From contig CAIIXF020000001.1 in NCBI GenBank assembly GCA_903813345.2, forward strand, positions 45,074,001 through 45,138,000: a stretch of 64,000 nt of DNA. Direction: 5' to 3'. The translations under genes were made by a program, and so were the position numbers. Source of the DNA: Owenia fusiformis (Eukaryota). Under the pieces are notes generated by a model. The model was not told the origin of the DNA. It ran no database searches and was given only the letters and a program-made list of their open reading frames with translations. Shown here piece by piece: positions 50,129-63,092 of the stretch; position 1 is the stretch's first letter, and the number at the start of each line of letters is the position of its first letter.

Positions 50129-50958
50129 AAACATGTTGACATCAACAGTGTTCTATAATTGAAGCGGTGAACATCCGTGATTATACATATATGTGATTTG
50201 GTATCACTTCAAACCATATTGAATACAAGGTAATTCGCTTGTTGTATTGGGAATATGGAGTTTACAAATAATTTCAGGGGTCCCTAACTTCGAATCACGC
50301 GATTGCCAGCTCCGATGTCGCTGACCAGTTTCCTTTTACCCGTACTACGTCCTCAGCACGCGATTACTGGTTGGTTAGTCGTGAACCACCAGTTCCTCTC
50401 TCCCTTTCTCCACCCACTGTGTTTCACTGTGTTGCCCTTGATGTCAATAAACTTTGTGGTAAATTGTATTCTAGACGACCGTAAGGTATCTCACGAAACA
50501 TTGAATATAATAAGTGAAGATATTCCATTTTACTTTTATGAGCATGTGAGCGTTTATTTTATTTTACCATTAAGGAATGAATCATATCATAAATGTTTGG
50601 GAGTACTTTGAATTTAAAAAATAAGCAATCAAATGACCAAATTGGAACAGTTTATGTAAAAATAGAAACATTTATATTTATCCTAACTTTTGTATATTTT
50701 AGTTTGTTTTGTAGTTTAGCTATCATATCTATGTCCTCTTATATTTTGATACTTCTCTGCCATGTTATTTTCGGAAAAATTAACATGGCTGAAACTTCCT
50801 AAATTACAAAAGGCCACAGCTTTGCTGCACATTATACATTACTATCTGAAATATACAAAAGTTAGGATAATTATAAATGTTCCTATTTTTACATAAATTG
50901 TTTCAATTTGGTCATTTGATTGCTTATTTTTTAAATTCAAAGTACTCCCAAACATTTA

Positions 50959-51953
50959 CAGGGTTGTCCAAAAAAGTGAACCCCTGCAACTGGCCATATT
51001 TCCCTTATAACTTGCAGGAATTCTTTTTTATTTTCATATGTTGTAGAGGAAGGTCTAAAATTTATGTTGGTACCATACATTTTTCTTAGTCTTGAAATTT
51101 GCAGAAATTATAAGCCCTAACCAAACATTACTGAAAATGGATAAATTGTGATTTTCAATATCCGCAATTCTTCAACCCTTTAACACCTTTCCCCTGAGAA
51201 TTTTTTAAGCTGCAGTCTTAAAGAACTAAAATTTTCTGACTTTGTTCAATTTTAAATCCTGCACATTATGGCTTAAAATTAGCATCCTACATTTGTTAGT
51301 TGCAAAGTTATTGTGATCCAAGAGATGTGCTAAGCTTCCACAGACGAAAACATTTTCCAGTGAAATCATGAGCATACCCCTATATGATCTTGAATTGTCA
51401 ATATCTTCATAAATCATGGACCAATTCTAATGATATATGGCTCAAAACATTGAATATTGGATTTTCTTTTGATTTTTTAAAGATATTTGATGAAGGGGTT
51501 ATCAGATTCCTGATCACAGGGGGCAACTTCCTTCCATAAGAGGCCCCCCTCTAACTGTTGATGTAGGTAACATACCCCTGAACTGTTGAACAGTTAAAAA
51601 TGCTTCAAAATGATCAATGAAAGTGTGAAATGTGTTTTCTGCTTGAATAGTGTCCCTTTTGTCATATGGTAGGGTTTTAAACTTGTATCTCTAACTGAAA
51701 GCTATTTAAGATCATCCAATGTGTTTCAACAATTTCCGTGAATCACCTTTGTAAAATTGCGTACAATGTCTAATTTCCAGGCATGTTTGTTAAACGCTTG
51801 TAATTTCTTCAAAATTTAAGACTGAGAATAAATTATGGCATCAACCAAAATTTTAGACCTTTCTCTACAACATGTGATAATATGAGCCAATTCATGCATA
51901 TATTAAGAAAAATGTAGCCTGTTGCAGGGGTTCGCTTTTTTTGGATCACCCTG
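50959..51953. mobile_element. Tc1/mariner-type MITE, duplicate of 34555-35549
   Basis: Same TIRs and TA flanks. Confidence 0.8.
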
Positions 51954-51984
51954 TATGATTTGACTATAGATGCATGCATTTGAT

Positions 51985-53187
51985 CAAGGGAAAGATCAAT
52001 ACCCGGTGATTTCAGCGGGAAGTGGCGTTTCGTTCATTGGATGAGCTGCGCGCGCACGCATAAATGTGATTATCCAATATAATTAGGGGAGGGCTATTTG
52101 AAGTAGTTTTTGGTCTCAGGCGCGACCCAGGGCTGTTGTCTTAAGGACATTTCGTTGAAAATGAGCCATTCGGCTGATAATTGGTAAGAGTTTGCGATCT
52201 TATAATGTATAACTGTTACTCAGACACATATTTTGACACGATTCTGTTGGAAATAAGCTTTGAACCGAGAGATATTCACGATTGATATGCACATTTTTGA
52301 TTGTGCCATTGCTTTTCTATTGTACAACCCATGTATTGATAGAAGAAACATTAATAATACAGATTGGTTTACCTTCAATACATGGCAGACACTACATATC
52401 GGTCTATTAATACCAGTTTGTGCCTTAAATAGTTTTATATTTCCATCCACGGCCTGGAGCCTGGGTGTGTTTGTCTCTTATGTGTATGCTTGTGCATGGA
52501 CTTCTAATCACTAGCAGAATTTAACATGATGCAAACTCGACATTATAACTCATGCTGTAACATTTTGACTTCGCTGGAAAACAATAGGAATTATTTTTCT
52601 TGCCAATCAATCATGAATCACAATCAAAATTTCAGAATGATCAATCAGGCAATGATCCAAATCAAGTTATAACATTATATGATATTCAGCAAGAAGTCCG
52701 GTAGAAATACAGAATATTTAAACATCAAAGCTGAAAGTTAAAAGCTAATCTGTCAATTTTCTGTCTGCAAAAGAGCGTCCCAAGAGCGTTTACATTTGAC
52801 ACAATAACAGACTGAGGCCTTGAAATCTAGGATTCCCCAGGAAAATATGACGTCATACTAATTAGCATAAGGATTTCCCTATTGGGGTGGGTCGAGCCTT
52901 GTTCGAAAACACAATCCATAAATACATGCTAATTTCTAAGGAGATAGGAAGTGTATAACGTGTTTATCGATTTTGTTTAAAGATTTAATCAATTATCAAA
53001 TTGTTTAAGTGGATAAAGTGGTCACACTTGCTTCAATTCATAGCGAAATCGACGGATAGAAACTGACCGAATTCCCGATATCCTACCCCGTATTACTGTA
53101 GGCTATAAGCACAGTGACCTACAGAGGGCGCTATCACAAACAAGTACTGGACGAACCGATAAATTCCCGGGTATTGTAACGCCCTTG
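51985..53187. mobile_element. 1203-bp non-autonomous DNA transposon (P-element-like), unique to this unit
   Basis: Termini CAAGGG..caatacccgg / ccgggtattg..CCCTTG. 7-bp TSD ATTTGAT (51978-51984 and 53188-53194). Empty site gcatttgattagtag at ~35572-35586. Confidence 0.88.
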
Positions 53188-53288
53188 ATTTGATTAGTAG
53201 AGTAACCCTGTCTAACCAAGGAATCATTTTGGAGTATTTTGTCTATGTTCGTTTGGACTTTCATTCAAGAATGTACTTTTGGTGTATA

Positions 53289-54311
53289 TCAGCTTTCGTC
53301 AGATATGTGTTGAAAGAATCTCATGAGTGATGATGTATCAGACATGGAATCTTTGTCTATATATGGTATGTGTTTATATTTGTCTTCCAGTGATAGGTGT
53401 GTCGTATTTGGGTTTTTCTTAGTAGTTCCTGGCGTTGAAACGGAATGTTTAATCTCCAACATTGGTATTTCCTCCTCAACAGGAGTATTGTCTTCTAAAG
53501 TTTGACTTAAAACTTCAATATCTGCAGCATTTGCTTCCTCCAATGGAATCATAAGCCCTTCGAGATCTGAAAAAAAATTATGGATAAAATTAACAATTTG
53601 CAATTTACAGTTTGCAATATTGTTCTGTTCACTTGTAAAAAATGACCCAGCCAGCAAGGTGTGGAACAATCGAGTATTCACCTGGTTCATCCGAAGGGTC
53701 GAATGCTATGTTAGTATATCCTCCATTTTCCTTTAACTTCTTTAGTGCATCTTTTCGTTCCTTTTCATTGAGGTCACCCAACAGATATTCTCGATACCTT
53801 AGTCTTTTCGCCTTTTTACTGAAAAAAGCAAAATATCCTTAATACTTTGTGTACAATGCATAGGATGGTAGTATTTCTTGATAGTGATTAATCTTTAAGA
53901 TTTGATTTCTTATTTGTCTGTTGATTGTTGAATGTATTATGTAAAACGATGTTAAGATTTTTACAGAGTATATTTGCCAGAATAACTATTGCAGCCAGGC
54001 AAAGTAGTGTTATTTGAGTAAGATTAATAACATTGATCAGATTGAACACTTACGCTCTTTCAATCCTTATGAATATCTCCATAATGAGAAGTATTGCAAG
54101 AAGCCCAAATATGAAGACCAACACGCCTATCACCACTGAAAATGTGATAAACTTGGGTTTAAAAATGCGAAATGATTTGGGGAATTATCCTCGCCACCTA
54201 TTTACAATGTTTCAATGTTACAATTTTTACATATTATTGTTTTGAGCTTGTGATTTTAGGTACACAGTTATGACTTGACTTACTCGCCCAAGGTGTCTCG
54301 CAAATCCCATC
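53289..54311 (-). pseudogene. Duplicate of the membrane-protein 3' exons at 35675-36697
   Basis: Near-identical TM and cytoplasmic exons. Confidence 0.6.
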
Positions 54312-57300
54312 TGTACAACCCGCATTCTTTATAAAGAAGTGCATTAGCGTAGAATTCACACATAGCTATGCAAGGCTATGCAAGGTGTCCTAATCCAATC
54401 CGAACACGCTATTTCTTATAACCGCATTGCATTATATATAGATGAGACGTACCCGAGCAGACACAAAATTATTTAAGGTTTAATCACTAGGGGAGGGCAT
54501 TTGTACTGAAAGGAGCGTTTTCAGTGTATCTTTTTACTGAAAGGTACTGACTTTTTTAAGTAAATGTTTCAGAATATTTGTATACTGAAAAACGTCAGTA
54601 CATTTTTCAGTATACAAAAACTGAAACATTTACTGACTTTTTAAGGACATTTTAAGTACAAAAATATACTGACTTTTTAAGGACATTTTTAAGTATAAAT
54701 AATATTGCAATTAATTTGTGATTGTGTTCATATCATATTTTCATTTTGTTTGTGCAAGGAATGAAGTAATCATGGATTTATCAATGCAAAGTAGAGGCAT
54801 GATCATATAGTAAACCAATTAAGCTTGATGAGTTCAGACATTTCTTTTGTTCTCCATACAGACACATCCAGTTTTTAATCCTTTTGTTAGTGTTAAAGTG
54901 TTTCATTAACCTATTAAAATGACCAGGTGTACCCAGGTGTCACAATCTCCTCATAATGTCAAATTGCCCTGAGTATGGAAATATCCTATACAAGATGGAT
55001 TTTCAGTATATTATTTATGCTCAGTTTTCAAAATAAAAAGTCAGTATATTTTTAAAATTCAGTATATTTTCAGTATATTTTTGTACTTAAAATGTTCTTA
55101 AAAAGTCAGTATATTTTTCAGTACATTTTTATACTAAAAAATGATTTTAAAAGTCAGTATATTTTTCAGTACATTATATATATACTGACTTTTTTATCAG
55201 TACATTTTTCAGTATACTAATATACTGAGACATGTACTTAAAAAAAGTCAGTATATTTTTCAGTACAAAAATACACTGATAACGCTCCTTTCAGTACAAA
55301 TGTCCTCCCCCAGTGATTACATATTGTAAACCTTAAATAATTTTGTGTCTACTCGGATACTTCTCATCTAAAAGTGTTAATAAGCTTTGATACGCCTGTT
55401 TGTGATGGAATGGGAATTTTTCTAGTAGTTCTTGGTGATGGAATTATTTGTTCTTCAGCATAGACATTTACTTTTCTCGCAGTGTCCTGTGTAATGTACG
55501 CAGAGTTGTCTGTTCCGGTGGAAGTCATAATAAAAACTTCAAGATCTGAAAAATGTTTATAGATTTCATTTTCACAGAAATAATTAGATATAAAATATTA
55601 TATATTCACAATGAAAAACATTGAATCAAGCGGATTGTCTCCCTTTGTTTTTCACATCACTAGCATCTCACTTTAATATACCAAAATAATTCGGATATAT
55701 TTGAAGAACAAAATGATGCGCGATAGGTCAGAGTGACAACAGTATTTTTACCTTCAGCGTTGTTCAGAGCTCTCATTTCGGGTACAGAATTTTCACATAC
55801 ATCCGAGTTCTTTCCCATTGAAATAGCCTATACAGGGTCCGATTTTTAGCCATTATTTCAGCTTTAATTGGCATTCTTCTTCACGTTTATAATGCACAAT
55901 CGTTAAAATGTATATGCCCTTATGACAAACTGCAAGGCATTTTCACAAACATTTTTCTGAAATCAAGGAGGTGGCTCCCAGGATCGAAACTTGATATTTT
56001 CCAACAATGAAAACGTCAAAATGTCGTTATTTTCTGAAATTATAACCGTCTTTTAATTCAAAATAAACAGTTCAGGAGATTCGAACCAATATCTCGATCA
56101 TTTCTTGAGAGTTTTTAGTAAAGAAGACCAAAATTCATGATTCAAATGTTGAAGTGAACAAAATGGCGGCTATTTGAATTAGAATTTTGTATCACGACAT
56201 GCCCATATATGGGACAAAATATCGATGTTGCACTCTTGAAGCCAATCCTCCTTGTCTGAAATCATAAAATGTATTGCCGTGACGTTATTTCCCCCCTTCT
56301 TGATTTTTTTTGCAAAATATTTGGCATCTCCATTAATTTTTTAGCTTGAGCCACAGACATTTATTTGGCGTAAAAACCAAGGTGATTGGGGGTAGAGGGG
56401 CAAAGTTATGATAGTTGGAACTTGATGCCAATAAAATTGAAATTAATAAAATATCGATTGTTACTTTGTTTTAAATGCTCTAGATAATACAAAAATATAA
56501 TTGTTGCTTTTTTTTAATAGATAACAATTAAGTATAATTATTGAATTTTCTTCCCAATATGCTTTATTTCATGAAAATCGAGCCACCATCGACTGTGTCA
56601 TGAATTTTTTAAGGTAAGAAACAGTTAATCGAGAAAAACTGATTTTTTCAAAAACTAGCTTTATCTTTTGAATTATACCTTTGAATTCTTTTGCATGTTC
56701 CTATATCTTTATGCACACGGTGGTACCAGAATTATGATGATACCTTCTTCCGAATTTTAGATATACTTTTTTTTCTCCCCGGCCCCCATTTTTCAATTTC
56801 ACTATTTCGATGTTTGTGCCGTTGCTAGGTTGTTGCAAGGCAACACCATGAACCGAACTTATATTGGAACAATACCAAGTCATACATTCATACACCTGCA
56901 TACTAAATCATTAATTGGCATTTGTTGTACATCTTGAAATTGAAATGAATACTAAAGACAAAATCAAGTTGAAGTTGAAATTGCTGACTAGTATTCAATC
57001 CACATTACATTAATTTCAATGGAATTTCGCGATACCTGCTATCTTTGAAAGTGTGTAACTTCAGTTCTAGAAAAGCTTTTACCATGATTTTAGTTTTTAT
57101 TTGAAAGATAATAGATTGTTATTTAAGGCAGCGAAGCATTTTTGGCACAAACAATTTATTGTTAAAGAAAATTGACAATTTATCACAAAATGTCAAATAT
57201 TTGGATCCCCCTAGGTCACGTTGACCTCGATTTGACTTATGTTGACGTATTTTTGAAAAAACAAAAATTTTCTGAAGAGGTTATTAAACAAGGCTTACAA

Positions 57301-58315
57301 CAATACCAAATATAATGACACTCAGTTAGTGTTTAAAAAATTGCAGACATTAAGATTTAAGCTGCAATGGTAATGTCAATGTTTAATGAAACGTATGCCT
57401 CCTCCAGTGAAATCATAAGAATATTACATCTGACCATTATTCATCCGCTTACTTGTTTTCGCATTTCCTTTTACTTATAGTTAATCACCAGCCAGTGATA
57501 AAGTGTTAAAACGTAAATTGCAAAATAAACAGATGAGCATAAGAATGACTAATCCTCGTTGACAAGTATACCAAAAAAAGTAGCGATGCCATATACGTGA
57601 ATATCAAGATACCCGCCTGAAATATATGTATTAAAGCACTGCAATCACAGAACACATCATTGATGTTTTATCGATTTAAAACAGATTTTCTTACACTTTT
57701 CACTTACTTCCAGATAGATTTCAGCAAACCATTTATATGCTTCTTTGACTGGTCTGAGCTGATCTAGGTCAAGGTCAGAGGCCTTTATCTAGGTCAGTGC
57801 TTCTTCCCTGCTAACGATTGGTAAGAAGTATGTATTTGTGTTAGATAAACGCTCAAAAGGATTGGTATCGATATGGCGAACTGAATTCAACATTGTTTTT
57901 CTCTTAAACCAATTATTGAAAACATTCCATTTATTATATTGAGATGATCCTAGGGTGATGACATTAATGTGTCATTACATATTGTCATCCTTGAATTATA
58001 ATAGAAGGCTGGACATCCCTATCCTGCAGCAGATCTTCTCAATTACCTGTGAGTTACAGTACATAAGGGGTCCAAGATGTTTTAAACTCAAACAGCAACG
58101 TTCCAAGTGGGGTTGTGGGTCTGATTTGTTTGTGTTTGTTTAGGTTGTGTTTCATCGGCTTCATTGTCATTAAATTAATTGAAAATAATCAAAATCATGT
58201 ACAAGTTCTCAGGAGTTCATATCTTACCTGAAAATTTGAGATTTGAACAAAATACGCAATCGACCGGGCGCCGGCCGATGAATCGGAGCAAATGTGACCT
58301 AGGGATGTTGTGACA

Positions 58316-59999
58316 TACCTCCTTGTTGGTACAAGAAACGATTGCTCATAATGTTGAACAAGGCCAAATGTTAATTATTACAATATGTGATATTAAAAAG
58401 GCATTTGATACAGTGTGGATAGATGGTCTCCTGGTTAAACTGTACGACTGCGGTATTAGAGGCCATTTATGAAAAATATTGTACCTTAGCTATAAAATGT
58501 ATGAATGTGCTGTAATGGTAGGCCAAATATGCTCTGAAACCTTCCCTGTATTACAAGGAGTACACCAGGGAGGGGTTCTTTCTATGCTTTTTTACCAATT
58601 GTATATGTCAGATTTAATTGATACTATGATGCAAGTTCATACCGGTGCATCTGTAGCAGATATCAAATGTGTTTGTCCATGTTACGCCGATGATATGTGT
58701 ATTCTGTCAAACTCATATATGTCAATGCAAACCCTTCTAAATCATCTTACACATCATAGCAACAAATGGAGGTACCAAGTTCATCCACAAAAATGTGCAT
58801 ATATGACCTTTAATGACAATAAAAACATACATGTTAATCACAGTTTGAGTATTGGAGGTGAGGCAATTGAAAAATCAGATTATCAAGTACATGTAGGTGT
58901 ACCTCTCTCCTCCAAAAATGATGTCTCAACATATGTAGAAGAAAAATGTACTAAGGGAAGAAAGCAATTTTACTCATTACTTGGTATTGGAAATAAATGT
59001 GGAGGTGTAACTACAATTTCTGCATCTAAACTGTATAAAACTTATTCAATTCCATGTATGACCTATGCTGCCCCAGTTGTGAATTATCAGCAGAAGGACA
59101 TTGAAACTATTAATAAAACACAACGTGATATTGGGCGAAGGATCCAGTCCTTGCCTAGATCTGCTAGCAATTCCATTTCTACAGTGACCATAGGGTGGTT
59201 AGATATCGACTTGTATATAGATTTTTTAAGAATGATGTTCTTGTGGAGTCTTATTCAGTTATCATATAAGAATGTTTACAAAAGATTACTTGTAATACGT
59301 TTGACAAAATTTTTACATGAAGGTTTTAAAAATACCAAAATATTTTCACCCATGGCATCAATGTTGCAATGTGCTATGAGGTATGGATTTAGAGAGATTA
59401 TTCAGAATATGTTAGATTGTAATATTGTGATAAGTAAAGGCCAATGGAAAAGATTCGTTTTCGCCAATGTTTCACACAGCCAAATTTATAGAACGTCTAT
59501 TCAGTCAATTATGTACAGCAGTCTTGCAGATTTTAGAAAAAACGTTTGTATTACATTGGATCCTAATATATGGTGGATCGTTGCTCAAAATTTTCCGCGG
59601 GCAACAGACTCTTGTAAACTAATGTTCAGACTTTTGGTAGGTGAGCACAACTTGAATTATAAGCATAGAGGAGGTGAAGATCAGTGTAAACGATGTAAAC
59701 TGTGTAACTCATTCCAGTTAGAGACGGTTGAACATTTCTTAATGCATTGCTCTGCCGCACAATACTCCATATACAGGCAAGAACTTAAGGAATGTTTTAC
59801 TAAGCACAAGTTCGAGTTTTCGGCTGTGTTTGAGACACTTACAGTGCCTGACTCAACCGTACGAGCATTTTGCGCATTGAATAGTTTTCATACGTCTAAT
59901 ATGTATATAATTTTGTCATAATTTTGTACTTTTATTTTACATCACTGTACATATAAATTGTATCTCCATTTTATTATGGGCAATAAAGATATACAATAC
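58316..59999 (+). mobile_element. LINE A duplicate, decayed
   Basis: Same junctions as 40781-42574. TGG>TGA at 58470-58472; a ~110-bp deletion at ~59821 removes the native stop. Confidence 0.92.
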
Positions 60000-60133
60000 A
60001 ATACTCACGGCAAAATCAAGATATCGGAAAAAAGTCATCGGTGCCTGGTCGATTTAGAAATCGGCCGGCGCCCGGCGCAAATGTGACCAAGGCATTACTT
60101 ACAGTACTTTTGTCTAGGTCCAATTTGCTCCAA

Positions 60134-61933
60134 CTGGTAAGCATTGTTCATTTTATTAATTCAAATATTGATGATTTGGCGGACACCAGAGGCATCTTCC
60201 TCGACATAGAAGGTGCTTTTGACGCCGTTCCTCACTTCCTGTTGATCAAAAAATTAAAATCATACGGTTTACCTCAGAGTATTATTGATCTCTTTCAAAG
60301 TTATCTTACCAATAGAAAATTAAACTGCCGTGTCAATAATATATATTCCAAATTCTCAGAGGAAGGCATAATCAATAGTGGGGTACCCCAGGGATCTATC
60401 TGGGGGCCGTTATTCTTCCTTTTGTACATAAATGATCTACCTGAAGTCATTAGAAATGGTAAAATGTTCTTATATGCTGACGACAGTTCTATATTTTTTA
60501 AAGTTGATAAGGACAGAGATTTAACTGAAGCTCAGCGGGAAATACAATTTGATCTTGATAAGTTGTCTGAATGGTCCGATTTGCGGAAGTTGAAATTCAA
60601 AGCATCTAAAAGTAAAGAATTGATATTTAGGAGTAGACGTCGTTTCAAGAGGCAGTTTGAGCCAGTTACCATGAATGGTGTAACTATAGCAAGACAAGAT
60701 TCACATTGCCACCTGGGTGTAATTTTAGATGATGCTCTGACTTTCACCGAACACATAACCCAACTCCGTATCAAAATAGACAAGATGATAAATCCACTTA
60801 ATTGTTTAAAATATAAGATTGCTAGTAAACACCTTGAAACTATGTATATGTCCTTTATTTTACCCCATTTAGAATACGGCTCAGTTTTAATTGATGCGGC
60901 TCCAAAACACGAACTCATGAAATTGGACAGGCTTCACTATAAGGCAGCCTTAATTGTTAGCGGCTGTATCAAGGGAACAAATACAAACAAAGTTCTGAAA
61001 ATTCTAAACTGGGCTCCACTATCGGAAAAAAAGAAAACAAAAGAAACTGTTATTAATGCATGATGTTTATTATGAAAATGCCCCTCCATACATTTCAAAT
61101 ATTTTCAATTTGTACCGAAACAAGAGGCCAACTCGAGCCCTAAGAAAAACGCCCCATTTTATTGTACCCGCGAAACAATCTGAAAAAACTAGACGCGGTA
61201 CTGTAGTTTCTTCTATATCTGAATGGGAGAGGGACACATTACCTGATCAACTCAAAACCATTCCAATAAAGCGCACTTTTAAATACCATCTTAAAAAACA
61301 TTTATTTCCGAAGAAGACCCTAATTGACACAGTCCACTTGAATTTAGACAGGCAAGCTGAAATAGTACTTAATAAAACCAGATGTGATTTCATTTTTCGT
61401 TACCATAAGTTCCAGCATCAATTCAATAATGTCAATCCTCAATGCCTGTGCGGTTTTCGATCTCAGACAACCCAACACCTATTCTTTTCTTGCCCCCTTT
61501 TACTTGATCTCAGGGAACAACTAGCACTTGACCTTGCAGGGATACCCAATTTCAACATTAACCATTATAACAAACTAAATGCAAAAGAGAAACTAGATAC
61601 ATTGTTATATGGTGGCTCAACATATAAAATTGAAACTAACAAGCTTATAGTCACAACAACTGCCAACTTTATTTCTTTAATTGTAGACTATGTTTAACTT
61701 TATATATTTGGTGTAAAATGTCACATGTAACTTACATGTATTGTCATGCTGAGTGTTCAGCAGCCTAAAATTACTTGATTTTTATGTGCCTACTTAACTC
61801 TATTTTAGAAATTGTATAAATGTGTATTTGTGAAAATCGACATGGGCCACTAATGCCAATGGCCTTGGCCCATTGTCGGACATTGTGAAATGAAAGTATT
61901 GATAAATAAAACATAACCTATAAAAAAAAAAAA
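60134..61933 (+). mobile_element. LINE B duplicate, frameshifted
   Basis: Same junctions, TSD aatttgctccaa. An extra A in the run at 61026-61032 splits the ORF. Confidence 0.92.
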
Positions 61934-62342
61934 ATTTGCTCCAATTCATCGGCCGCCGCCCGGCTGATTGTAGTATATTGTTCAAAACTGATTTCAACTT
62001 GCTTCAAATTGACCAAACTTTTTTTGAAATCATGTACAAGTTCCCAGGAGTTTACAACTGACCATAACATTTGAGAGTTGACCTTCAATTTTGAACAAAA
62101 TACTCAATCGACCGGGCACCAGCCGATAGATTGGGGCAAATGTTACCTAGGCTTCACAAGTAACCATATAATTCATCAAAGTTCAGAAGAATCAGTGTTT
62201 AAAACATTCTAAGCATTCTAATTCTAGAATGTATTTATATGTAGCCTCGGCCCCTCGCAATCTATGTAAATAATTATGTTGAATTATATAGAAATAAATA
62301 ACAAAAACCTTTAAAAAATTATTTCACACCACAGATTTGAAT

Positions 62343-62881
62343 CACTGCTACCCACCTAGTTACACAGACGTATCGTCAATGTATCATGGCGGAACTACTT
62401 CCGGGACTAGGTTTCGGTAAGATTTTTTTATTTCCCGATTTACACCTACTTATAAGTCACGTTGTGAATAATAATTTGGCTCGAAGTTAAGGAACATAGT
62501 CTTTTTTGAGAATGTGTCGATGGTTTTAGGTTTTATATGTTAACGAAGACACAATTCACGTATTTAGTCCCTCGCTTTTGTTACACTGACGAACGACCAA
62601 TATCAGTGTAATATTGGCAATATTAATGCCGATCGTCAGTGTAACAAAAGCGAGGTACTAAATATGTGAAATGCGAATTCTTTAACATACCCAACCTAAA
62701 ACCATCGACACATTCTCAAATAAGACTATCTCCCATAACTTGAGCCAAATTATAATCCATATCGTGACTTATAAGTAGATGTAAATCGAGAAATAAAAAT
62801 ATCTTACCAAATTCAAATCCCGGAAGTAGTTCAGCCATGATACACTGACGATACGTCTGTGTAACTAGGTGGGTAGCAGTG
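62343..62881. mobile_element. Palindromic MITE, copy 3
   Basis: Near-identical to 44889-45427. Confidence 0.85.
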
Positions 62882-63092
62882 TGAATGAAAAGGTCACAAA
62901 ACTAGTTTGAATCGATAAAATTGATCGGCCTGGTATGTAAAACTCCACAAAGCAAATCATAGCAGCAGAAAATATAAGGTTTGTTTACTTTATTTTGTTG
63001 AGCTTGTCGCTATATTCCAGGTAAAAAGGCAACTGTGCTGTTAAGAAACTATAAAAACATAATACAAATATAATCGACATCTAGAGAGCAAT

